From: Takakia lepidozioides
Taxonomy: Eukaryota; Plantae; Bryophyta
Reading direction: 5' to 3'
Assembly: GCA_030704615.1 (NCBI GenBank)
Contig: CM060733.1
Span: 37,820,001-37,884,000, forward strand
DNA length: 64,000 nucleotides
How positions within the stretch are numbered: position 1 is the first letter of the stretch; each line of letters starts with the position of its first letter. The notes under the pieces were generated by a model. That model worked only from the letters and a program-made list of their open reading frames with translations, did no database searches and had not been told where the DNA came from. Shown here piece by piece: positions 53,290 through 63,601 of this stretch. The translations under genes and the position numbers were made by a program.

Positions 53290-54479
53290 GTATTGCTTTT
53301 TTAAAAGCTTATCTTCATGTACTTAAGATTTTCTGATCTCCAATAAGTAGTTATGGGCAGGTATAGGGCCATGAGTAGCTCTGAGCAGTTCCTGGTTTCA
53401 GATAGTGAAAAGAATTCAAAAACTTGCTTCTGCCAAGACTTGTGTTAGAGACTTGTTCAGAGTTTAGTGATATTTGTCGGGGTATCGGACCATATACTCA
53501 TACAGCCTTGCCCACTTCTACCAGTAAGAAGTACCATCAAAGGTAGCAGGTGGCATTTAGGTGTGCTTCCATCTTGGTTGGCCATGTTAAGCTTGTTTCT
53601 TGTTGGGGCGAACTAAGTGCAATTTGTTGTAGAGACTCTTGCCCCTTAGCAACCAGGGAATATTGTGGAATGTCCCCTTAACTGACAGATTCTTTTTGAG
53701 TACTACTCACTCCCTGGCACTTAGAAGCTCTGCTCTTGTCCTTGAAATCTGGTGGATCTTCACCCACACTTCATCCCTGTATCCTTCAGCTATTCCTACC
53801 CTCGCAACAGATTGTCATGGTTTCTTCCCCTTATGGCAAGTAGTTGCTACGACAACCCATAACTTCCAGAGCAAACATCCCTTTCCCCAACCTGCTAGAC
53901 ACTGCTAGGCTGACTTGGTGGTAACACTAAAGAAGACAAGGAGGACAGCTTGGGAACGCACCCTGAGGAAGGGAATAGAGCTGCCCACTAGGATCCACAG
54001 ATTTCTCTTCCTCCAAATTCTGCTACTTCAGTCTCTCCATTTGGATTAGACCTCACTGTCAATTCTCCTCTCAGAAAAACATTAATCACTGATGCAAGGT
54101 AGGGTTCCATTTTGGTATCACTGGGTGAAATGGCTGCCACCACCATTTAGAAGTGTGTGTTCCAGTCTGCTGAACCCAATTTCTGTCTCCATTCATCAAA
54201 ATCAACTGCTAGTAAGCAACCACATACACCATGCAATTAACACAACTGAATTTGAAAAGGGAAACTAACGTAGGAAGGATCCGCATTTTGTGCAGTTGGT
54301 GCCCATATACAGCAGTCAGAGAGCCTCCCTGTCATAAAATGGTTCTAGAACTTTGTACCTGGATGTTATTTAAGACTTGGGACCTTGCACATGCGCTTCC
54401 ATGCTTGAAAATCATGAGGGTCGCACACCTTCCCCGGAGGACTTCTATGCTCCGAATGCCATTTCATGAGTTTTGTCAA

Positions 54480-55180
54480 TGATGGACTTCAGAAAAATGC
54501 CTTCAAACATTGGATGATCAGAAAGTAGTTCATTTTCTAGCATTTCCTCGTTGCACCTTGGACACTTGGTGAAATGCTCATGCTCTCCATACTACAAAGT
54601 TTGATTGTAAGGACATGCATGAATAATCCTGTAGCCCACCTTGTAACCCATCCCCAGTGTCTAGCACCCTCTTCCTCTTTTCGCATTTGTGGCAACTTTT
54701 GGCTCCAAATGAGGGGCATGATTGTGGACATGCCCACGTTGCTTAGGCCGAAAAGAATTTGCAAACTATGCAACAGCAAGATGGTGGAGAGTCGAGTCAC
54801 TTTCGCCCCTTCGTACAAAATGTGTGTTTGCCTCACTCTCCATGGCACTTGAGCTAGCATATCCAACTCTTCTTCCTCCTGGCTCTCTCACCCAAATGCA
54901 TAGCCCCAATCCCCTTGCAATCAATACCATGTTTTGGTTCCTCCTCCTCATCATCTTATAGAGTATCACAGCCCATTGTGTCCTCATGTTCATCACCAAC
55001 TTCATCCAAAAGGATGAACAAGGTTCTGCTGATATCGTTGTGGTCCATAGTTGAATGTCAATGAAAGCCCTCGAATGAACATTCACTGCCTTGGATTGTG
55101 GTTGTCTCTTACACCACAGGACGTGCACTACGGACCATTGCATTCAATGAAACAGCACATTTCTTTCAACTTTTATCACA
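54480..55180 (-). mobile_element. CACTA/EnSpm transposase N-terminal remnant
   Basis: LYEGAKVTRLSTILLL..L..LFGLSN..M followed by an IH..KCPRC motif, as found upstream of the Transposase_21 domain. Heavily frameshifted. Confidence 0.6.
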
Positions 55181-55243
55181 AATGATGAACCGTCCACCCT
55201 CATGTTTGAAGTCACACACTCTCTTCTATGCATTTTACTGGTT

Positions 55244-58060
55244 TCACCAAAAATCCCCACAAGAACAGACCCCATCTTGGAAGTGATGGAAACGGTTGCC
55301 ATCCCGTACAACAAGTGCTCGCGCACCAATCTTCGATATGAACTTGGTGGCTGTGTGGCAGTCACCACACACCCTCAGGTTCTTGATGATATGGATGGGT
55401 GTCCCCTGGGGTGTGCTGATGATCCCAAAAGCAATAGCCAGCTTCTCACTGTGGTAGCAGAGAGAAAACTCCTTTTGCTCCTCCTCCACATCATGTAATA
55501 CAAAGCAAGTGTCAGGCACATACCCAGCCTCCCTCATCTGTCCAAACAATCTCTTCAGTTCAGCATGGATTTCCTCAATTTGGGGATGCATTTTGTCTTC
55601 TACAACAAATGTATGCACCTGATTGTTAATCTCAATACAGCTGCGCCCTGCCTCCTTTCTGACACCTCTTTCCTCCATCATTTTTCTCACCTTTGCTTTC
55701 TCGTCCCACCTGCCAGCAGCAGCATAGATATTTGATAGAAGCACATATGTTGCAGCATGATCAGGATTGCAGTTGAGAAGGTTTTTTGCAGCTCGCTCTG
55801 CTAGCTCCACATCTCCATAAATTCGGCAGGCGCCAAGCAAGGCCCCCCAGACTCCAGCATCTGCTTCGATTGGCATTTCCTTGATGAAATCCTCTGCCTC
55901 CTCCAATTTCCCTCCACGGCTAAGAAGGTCCACCATGCAGCCAAAATGCTCCACTCTAGCCATGAAGCTGTAATCTCGAGTCATGGAAGCAAAGTAGTGA
56001 TGGCCTTCGTCCACTAGGCCCAGATGGCTACATGCAGAGAGAAGACATAGAAAGGTGATACTGTCTGGATTCAAGCTTTCCTGTTGCATTTGTTCAAATA
56101 GTCGCAGGGCCTCCCTGCCATGTCCATGCTGGGCATACCCTGCCATCATCATATTCCATGACACCACATTTCGTTCGGCCATACTGTCAAACACTTGACG
56201 GGCATCATTAATGCTCCCACATTTGGCATACATGTCAGCAAGGGCAGTCTCCAGAATGATATCTGCCGAGATTCCAGCTTTGCTGATGTCAGCATGGACC
56301 TCTTTGCCCTTTTCCAGGGCTGCCAGGCTAGAACAGGCATTGAGAACGCAAATGAATGTCACCTTGTCAGGCGTCACCCCTTCCGTTATCATTCGTTCAT
56401 ACATCTCCAAGGCCTTCCTACCACAACCATGCTGAGCATATCCTGAGATCATCACACTCCATGAAACTACATCTCGTTTATGCATGTTGTCAAAAACCTG
56501 GTGGGCATCATTTAAGCTCCCGCATTTAGCATACATGTCAGCAAGGGCGGTCTCCATAATGATATCAAACCCCATTCCAGCCTTGACAATGTCAGCATGG
56601 ACCTCTTTGCCCTTCTCCAGGACTCCTAGGCTGGCACATGCATTGAGTACACAACTGAATGTGAAAGTGTTGGGGGTCACCCCTTCCTGTATCATATGGT
56701 CGTAAAGTTCGAATGCCTCCTGACCACAGCCATGCTCGGTGTACCCTGCAATCATCACGCTCCATGAGACAACATCACGTTTTGCCATATTGTCGAACAC
56801 TTGACGTGCATCCTTCATGCTCCCACATTTGGCATACATGTCAGCAAGGGCAGTATCCAAGTTCACATGTGACGGAATTCCAGCTTCGATGATGTCAGCA
56901 TGCACCTGTTCGCCCTTTTCCAGAGCTCCTAGGCTGGCACATGCATTAAGAACACAAGTGAATGTGACCCTGTCAGGCAATACCCCTTCCTGTATCATTT
57001 GCTCATACATCTTGAAAGCCTCCTCACCACACCCTTGCTGAGCATATCCTGCAATCATCGAGCTCCATGAGACCACATTTCGTTTAAGCATATTGTTGAA
57101 CACCTTACACGCATCATTCACGCTCCCACATTTGGCATACATGTCGACAAGGGTGTTCTCCAAGTTAATATATGATGGAATTCCAGCTTTCATCATATCA
57201 GCATGGACCTCTTTGCCCTTTTCTAGGGCTCCTATCCTGGCACATGCATTTAGAACGCAAATGAATGTGACCCTGTTGGGGATGACCCCTTCAAGTTGCA
57301 TTTCCTTATACAGCTCCAAAGCGTTCACACCGTAATCATGTTGAGTATATCCTCCAATCATGGCATTCCATGAGACCACATTTCGTTTTGTCATTGCATT
57401 GAACACTTGCCGCGCATCCTTCATGCTCCCACATTTGGCATACATGTCAGTAAGGGCAGTCTCCAAATTAATATATGATGGGATTCCCGCTGTGATAATG
57501 GCAGCATGAACCTCTTTGCCCTTTTCCAGGGCTCTTAGGGTGGCACAGGCATTGAGAATGCAAATGAAGGTGACCCTGTCGGGTGTCACCCCCTCCCGTT
57601 GCATTTGCTCATAGATTTTAAAAGCCTCCTTAGCACACCTATGCTTGGCATATCCCGCTATCATGATAGTCCACGTGAATACCGTTCTTTCAGGCATTTT
57701 GTCAAACACTTGGCGTGCCTCCACCAGACTCCCACATTTGGCATACATGTTCACAAGGGTGTTGAGCAATAAGGTGTTCGGTTTAAATCCACTTTGGATG
57801 ATGTGCGCATGCACCTGCTTTCCCTCTGCTAGGTCTTTCAAGTTGATGCACTCCTGCAAGACAGTAACATAAGCATTGGAGTCTGCCTGAAGGCCTTGTT
57901 GGTTCAAAATGCAAAGTGCCTCTTTCAATGCTCCTGCCTTAGATGGGGTCCTCCAATCCCCACACATGACAGGAGAGATCTTGTTTAGGCCCTCTCTTGA
58001 CCCTCTTTCAAAACTGGTGGCGATTGGTGCTACCCCTGCTGCCAGTTTGATGGCCAACAA
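55244..58060 (-). CDS. PLS-class PPR-E1-E2-DYW organellar C-to-U RNA editing factor (20 PPR motifs); true start unresolved
   Basis: Uninterrupted ORF L-S-(P-L-S)5-P2-L2-S2-E1-E2-DYW with HSEKLA, CGDCH and CSCGDFW terminus. In-frame stop at ~58112 and an AG acceptor near 58090 suggest either an upstream exon or use of an internal ATG. Confidence 0.95.
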   Translation of the reverse strand: MLAIKLAAGVAPIATSFERGSREGLNKISPVMCGDWRTPSKAGALKEALCILNQQGLQADSNAYVTVLQECINLKDLAEGKQVHAHIIQSGFKPNTLLLNTLVNMYAKCGSLVEARQVFDKMPERTVFTWTIMIAGYAKHRCAKEAFKIYEQMQREGVTPDRVTFICILNACATLRALEKGKEVHAAIITAGIPSYINLETALTDMYAKCGSMKDARQVFNAMTKRNVVSWNAMIGGYTQHDYGVNALELYKEMQLEGVIPNRVTFICVLNACARIGALEKGKEVHADMMKAGIPSYINLENTLVDMYAKCGSVNDACKVFNNMLKRNVVSWSSMIAGYAQQGCGEEAFKMYEQMIQEGVLPDRVTFTCVLNACASLGALEKGEQVHADIIEAGIPSHVNLDTALADMYAKCGSMKDARQVFDNMAKRDVVSWSVMIAGYTEHGCGQEAFELYDHMIQEGVTPNTFTFSCVLNACASLGVLEKGKEVHADIVKAGMGFDIIMETALADMYAKCGSLNDAHQVFDNMHKRDVVSWSVMISGYAQHGCGRKALEMYERMITEGVTPDKVTFICVLNACSSLAALEKGKEVHADISKAGISADIILETALADMYAKCGSINDARQVFDSMAERNVVSWNMMMAGYAQHGHGREALRLFEQMQQESLNPDSITFLCLLSACSHLGLVDEGHHYFASMTRDYSFMARVEHFGCMVDLLSRGGKLEEAEDFIKEMPIEADAGVWGALLGACRIYGDVELAERAAKNLLNCNPDHAATYVLLSNIYAAAGRWDEKAKVRKMMEERGVRKEAGRSCIEINNQVHTFVVEDKMHPQIEEIHAELKRLFGQMREAGYVPDTCFVLHDVEEEQKEFSLCYHSEKLAIAFGIISTPQGTPIHIIKNLRVCGDCHTATKFISKIGARALVVRDGNRFHHFQDGVCSCGDFW

Positions 58061-58666
58061 AGAACTGTGCCAAATTGAAGCCTGCCGTCCTGCATGACTG
58101 AAAGCACTTACTTACCATAGGTTTAAGCTATCATGTTCCTCAAAAGCTCCTAGATGCTTCAAAGAAAGCTCTCGTTGTGAGAACAGGCTCCTTGCTACAT
58201 ATTAACAGGGTTACATAACTACTGCAGTCATCTACTTTGAGTGCGAACTGTACCAAATTTATCTGTGTGAGTTGAAACCCTTGACTCAGCGCCACTGTAG
58301 TGTTGGCCTGGAGCTCCATGCTGTACGTGGACATTGGAGCCATCAGCAGGTTGTACTCCATCTTGTACCATCACAGCTACCTCTGCTTTCACCCAAGGAA
58401 TTTCCGATAAAACGCTCAATCCAAACGGCTTCCTTTGTGCGCTTACGTCTGAAGAATGATGATCGTGGACCTTTCTATGAAAACCACTAGTGGGCACCTG
58501 AACGCCCATAGCTTTGACAAAAGCCCCACAAGCACTACAACCTGCAAGCTCTGGGTAGATATGTTGGTAGTGAGGAATATGTAATTTACAAGCAATAAAT
58601 ACAGGTCATGCCCCCAGGAGTAGAAAACAGGACACAATTCTTTTTGCAATAACCGAATGCGATTGC

Positions 58667-58822
58667 GACACTGCCAGTAGACACTGTCTAGAAGGGGGAA
58701 GAGAGAGCAATTATGGGGGGATGGAAGCCTGCAGCTAAGACACATTTTGTAAGAGTGATTCGATTCACCTGTGGACATTCAGTTCCCTCACCAGGGGCTC
58801 CAGCTCCAACAAAATGTGGACA
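58667..58822 (-). repeat. Dispersed ~170-bp repeat (SINE-like?), copy 2
   Basis: Reverse-complement match to 29968-30135. Confidence 0.75.
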
Positions 58823-58904
58823 CACAAATGCAGGTACAAGGCTCAGCCTTGGGAGAATTGGGCCTTTGTATCCTTCGTACTTTCTCCTCACCTCCTTGAG
58901 AACC

Positions 58905-59568
58905 AAAAGAGATATAAGACAGGATCTGTCAAATTTCCAAGATTCGGGGCGATGGACCCTCTCAGTTTGAAGTTAGAGAGCTTCATGTGACACCATGTCC
59001 AAAGCACAACTGCAAATGAAACTAAGATACATATATACAAACACTTCAGAAATCCACAGCAGATACCCAACAGAGCCTTTTCTTCAATATACCTGTGTCA
59101 CTCTTCTGCTCTGTCCTAACTGGAGACAGAGTGTACGATGACTGAGACCAGCACTCCTTTCAGTGCATTTACAAAATACCAATGTGAAAAGCCCCGGCAC
59201 TTACAAAGAAACGACATCAACGTGTTGCACACCCACTGTGCACTCAATTCCTGTCCATCCAGAGAAACAAGGATCGCCCACCCAGTTTTCTAGCGGCTGC
59301 GGGTCACCCACAGCCTTCTTGAAAGCCAGCAACGCCCCAGCTGATAGCATCATCAGACATTGACAAACAATTAGGGTCTAATAAGTTGTGTAGATTTGCC
59401 TTGAATTTCTAAAGATTGTTCAAAGCTGGGTGGTGACGCATAAGATAAAACATTCTGGTGCGACCTGGGCGCTAACCACAAGAGGCATGGCCAATCAAGT
59501 TCTGATCTCCAACTAATACGTACGCAATTATCTGAATCAATTGGTTGCTTGTCTTTCTCTGTGTCCAT
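58905..59568 (-). pseudogene. LRR receptor-like protein/kinase N-terminal remnant (LRRNT + first LRR)
   Basis: ALLAFKKAVGDPQPLENWVGDPCFSGWTGIEC and KLSNFKLRGSIAPNLGNLT. The acceptor before the LRR exon reads CAT rather than CAG, and the gene is truncated afterwards. Confidence 0.75.
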
Positions 59569-60559
59569 GACTTGATTTCTTCAATGCTCTGCCTTGTTAG
59601 ACCTCTTTGTGCCCTACTTGAGAACACATTCTGAGCATGTCAACTTGCAATCTGGGAGGACAAGGTGGTGATCACGACTTCAACTTTTCTACAGATGCAT
59701 GTACCCATTAGACCATGTCCCCTAGGATTCATGACAGGATTTACCAACGAAATCATTGTAGATTACTGTTAGAAACGACCCCAACATTTCTCTTTTGTTC
59801 TCCTTGTGAACTTGAGAGGTGATGGAAGGCTGTCTCTAAAAGTGGCCCCAGTAAGGATTTTTCCTATGCCACGAAGCTTGGGCAAGTGCTGATCGAACTA
59901 CAAAGCAGAAACGGAAATGCAACCTCTTCCATAAAAGCTGACTTGCATGACCGCAACAGTCTCAGACAGTCTTCCCTTCAGTCATGCGTGTTGAAGGGAG
60001 GCTTCGTCGGTAGTAATGAGTGGGGAGAGAGTGAGGGAGAGAGTGAGAAGTGCCCAGCGGCACCTCATGAAGCTCATTTTAAAACTCTTCTACTCAGAAC
60101 GAAGTGAGATTCGGCATATCGACAAATCGTTATTTGTTATTTCTTTTGATTTCTTCCTCGATCCTTTCTTCTGGGTTTTCTTCTCGTTTTGATGCATCTG
60201 GATGAGTGGACCATATGACTGTGTTATATCAATTCTCAATTTTCAAAGGGTTAAGAAGGTGAGGAAAAACTTAAAGCATGACTCGGCTGTGAGGCACAAC
60301 GTCATGGCATTGTGCCAAGCCCAGCCCACAAACATGAAGGTGTCTCAGATGATGATGATAGCCAACCTTTCATAAGCATTATCAAGCTGAAAGCACTGAA
60401 AGCACATCCAACACTGTGCAGGTTCAAAAGCAACTGTTTGCAGGCACATTCCTCCCAAAGCCAAACGAGGCACACTCCAACACAATCCAACGGTTCACCA
60501 GGAAGCAAATGTACACGTAAATTTGAGAAACTTGAGAATTGGTAGGGAGGCCTGGAAGA

Positions 60560-61200
60560 TATATGAGCAAATTATACTCGGAAGAGGTAGCGAGTTGCCA
60601 ATGTGCACCATTCTTCGTGGGATTTACACGCCGTCTGACCCGAAGGTCCTATCATGTACACACAGTTTTGAGGCATTGCATCAAGGGGCAGTTGCGGTGG
60701 TCGATCATCCTATCCAGAATGAGAAGGGGAATGTGGTCGGAGATGCCTTCAGGCTCATCAATCCACAGACAATGATGCCGGGCACGGACAGCGCCAGACC
60801 ACCTCCAACCTGGGCCCACCTCCACAAGCCTTCTATTCGGGTACAGAACTGGAGCTGGCCGCTCTTCTGGTGTTTTTAGACCAGGGCCTTTGCTTCCTCC
60901 ATTCGTAAACTGTGAATAGTTGTCGCATTATACCTTGTGCGAAGACTGGGCCCATCTTCTCTTGGGCACTCCTTGAAGAGAACCATAATGGACACTAGGA
61001 CGTGTTTTCAGGAAATAATTCACAGAAAGATTTCTTGCAGGCATTGACACATGGATTGAATCGGCACTATTACCCTAGTGGAATCAATTATCGCAAGAAT
61101 GAGCTCGAAGAAAAGATGCTGCTAAATCTTCACAAAAGTGGACAGATGGGTTGGCCCTCTAGTGCTTTGACAACCATGGCAAAACCAACGAGTTATCCTA
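60560..61200 (+). pseudogene. RPN11: 26S proteasome subunit RPN11 pseudogene fragment
   Basis: SFEAL..AVAVV..PIQ..KG.VV.DAFRLINPQTMM, HLHKPSI|[29 protein letters not shown]. Frameshifts present and the JAMM motif is decayed. Confidence 0.85.
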
Positions 61201-62057
61201 GTTAGTGTACCGGCCGCTTGTTCACCAGAGGCACCAAAAGTACATTCTCTTCAAATCCAAGTTTCGCAGTGATACCGATTGTCTTTTGAAATATGCCTGC
61301 AGATCACTCATCTGAAGTGTGACGGCTATGTAATTGGGCATGTCTACCTCCATGGACTCGCAGACGGAATGATCCTGTGGCATTTTATCAAGGGCAGAGG
61401 TAGCCCGTGGGGAACGCATCTCTTTTCTTCCCAATTTCAGCTCGCGAGCGAATGTAATCAAACTCGCATCAGAGTCAGACAATTTGACAGATTGTCCAAC
61501 AGAGATTTCCCTTTCAAAGATTGTCATGAAGAATGTCATTCAAGATTTTACAATGCAGAGAGGTTCTGGGGGTAAAATGGTGTCCATTATCATTTCCCGG
61601 AGTATTCCATCTTCCTTTACTGCGCCTCATCGTCACTCCTATTTGGTGCTCTAAGAACTAGTTTTAGAAACCTCCAAATAAACCAACACTCCCTATTTTC
61701 TATTTGGATCCAAACTCTGAGCTACAGATTGATGGTTGCTACTCTTACCATCTTCAGCAGTCTTTGTGATGTTAGTGGGCAAGCTCTATCCAGATGGATT
61801 GGATAATGATGGTATCATCCCTATCCTTGCTTCTGGGCACAAGACTGACCAGAATGCTAGGCTCCTTCACAAGACCAAGCTGCTTCAGCTTTGAGCTGAT
61901 ACCTACCCTGAAGGAATGATCGCGGCTAGGAGTCTGTTCTAGGGATTGTCTATAGAAAGCCCCTGCATATTCTGTACAACTCCAGGGTGTATGCTCATCC
62001 GCCTGGGGCAAATTAAAAAACAAGACAAACCCTACTGGTTTATTTGATGGTATCCTT

Positions 62058-63278
62058 ATAAAGGGAACCATGGATTTTGGATTGATGTTTTATGCGGAAG
62101 GAGGAACGGGTTTGGACGGGTTTGTGGACGCAGATTGGGCACCTGGCGATCAAGAAACAAGACGATCTACCTCTGGATTTGTGTTCCGACTTGGGGGATC
62201 ACCTGTAACATGGTCGAGCAAGAGACAGCCATCAGTATCCTTGTCGTCAACCGAGGCGGAGTATCGAGCCATAACTGAAGGTACCAAAGAATCGATGTGG
62301 TTGCAGACTCTTACTCAGGAACTTGGCTTCCTCATTGGTAAGGCAATTCAACTTTGGTGTGATAATTCAAGTGCTATCAAAATGGAGAACAATCCATTGT
62401 TTCACACGCGTACTAAGCACATAGAGGTGCATTACCACTTCATTAGAGAGAAAATACTAAAAGGAGAAGTAGACTTAGACCATGTTGCATCAGAGAGTCA
62501 ACTTGCTGACATATTCACAAAACCATTTGGGAAACAGAAGTTTGTCCATTTCAGAGATGCCCTAGGATTAGTCAGCCTACAGCAAGTAATCAACCAACAA
62601 AAGACTTGCTCTACTCGTGAATGCTAACTAGTAGATCTTCTTGTTTGGATCATAAATAGGATAGGGTAAAGTATAACCAGTAGAACAGTATGCTCCTGTA
62701 GGATAGTCCATAGAACTCTCAATCCCAGATTCATACCACTATAGACAAGTCTTCAGCAATCTGGCAAAGGGGGTCAACTTTTGGTCTTTCACTCAAGGAC
62801 AAAGCCGACTTTTCTCTCAATATTTGTGGACCAGAGCGAGCGGTCTTTCCTACACAGGCCATAATCTGCGAGATGCTCGAGATAACCACGAAAGAGAAGT
62901 GTTCTGGGTGTGAGAGAGGGTGTTGAGGCAGTCCACCCACACCCAGGCTCATGATCGTAGACCTAGTGGATACTGGAGGACATACACTATTACTATGAAG
63001 CTATTTAGATCACTTAGGTATTGGAATTAACACACCCATGTAGTATACCGATAGATCAGGCATAAGTGAATGCACTGCTCCAAGATTCTAGATAGTGGCT
63101 GGCTACCATATGCCTTAGTAATTGCAGCTCCATTATAGCTAGCGATAAGGCCCATGTGGTGACCATGTGGTCATGCTCTATCTCTTTCTCTCTATCTATC
63201 TATGTGACAAACACTATATATGTACCCTCACCTCCGGTGTAAAAAGTAGTTGAATATGAACAGCTGAGTGTTTCAACA
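62058..63278 (+). mobile_element. 3' half of the same Copia element (end of RT, RNase H, PPT, 3' LTR 62921-63278)
   Basis: IKGTMDFGL..GFVDADWA..RRSTSG..WSSKRQ..SSTEAEY..CDNSSAI..TKHIEVHYHFIRE..QLADIFTK. PPT gagagaggg. TG..CA LTR roughly 95% identical by eye to the reverse complement of 28081-28433. Confidence 0.93.
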
Positions 63279-63480
63279 AAGAGGACACGATAATTACATC
63301 AAGAAACCTCCAAGAAACATTCACAAGATCAAGAACTTGTCTCGGCCAGCAGACAGTAGGATGAGAATCGCATAGGAGAAACGGAGCAAGATGGACACAG
63401 AGTAAACCAGAAGGGACGACGAGGTTTACATGTTAATGCAAGAAATGAGAGAGAGAGAAAGAGAGAGAGAGAGAACTCAC

Positions 63481-63601
63481 AGAAAATTCCAAGAATTGTG
63501 CCGATCACCATCTCCTTGGGGATAATTTTAGTGTGTATATGATCATGGCCGTGGTGCGCTGCATGGGCCGCGCCCTGCACTAGCCTCCTTGGGATCGCCA
63601 T
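63481..63601 (-). pseudogene. COX5C: Second COX5C paralogue, exon 1 only (intron interrupted by the Copia 3' LTR)
   Basis: IIPKEMVIGTILGIF followed by a phase-1 GTGAG donor at the same position as in the 29254 gene. No exon 2 before the LTR. Confidence 0.72.

Noticed and set aside
61222-62030. Exon-like minus-strand blocks next to the right breakpoint
   Set aside because: No recognisable protein family and interrupted by stops, so it cannot be supported as a gene.
62038-62052. gtttatttgatggta resembles a 5' segment of 18S rRNA, right at the inferred breakpoint (possible filler DNA)
   Set aside because: Only about 15 AT-rich nucleotides, recalled from memory and compatible with chance. It is not an rRNA gene.
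29254-63601. Possible functional cluster of mitochondrial genes (COX5C x2, ATP-f, PPR)
   Set aside because: The genes are interspersed with unrelated ones, and the COX5C pair is explained by tandem duplication.
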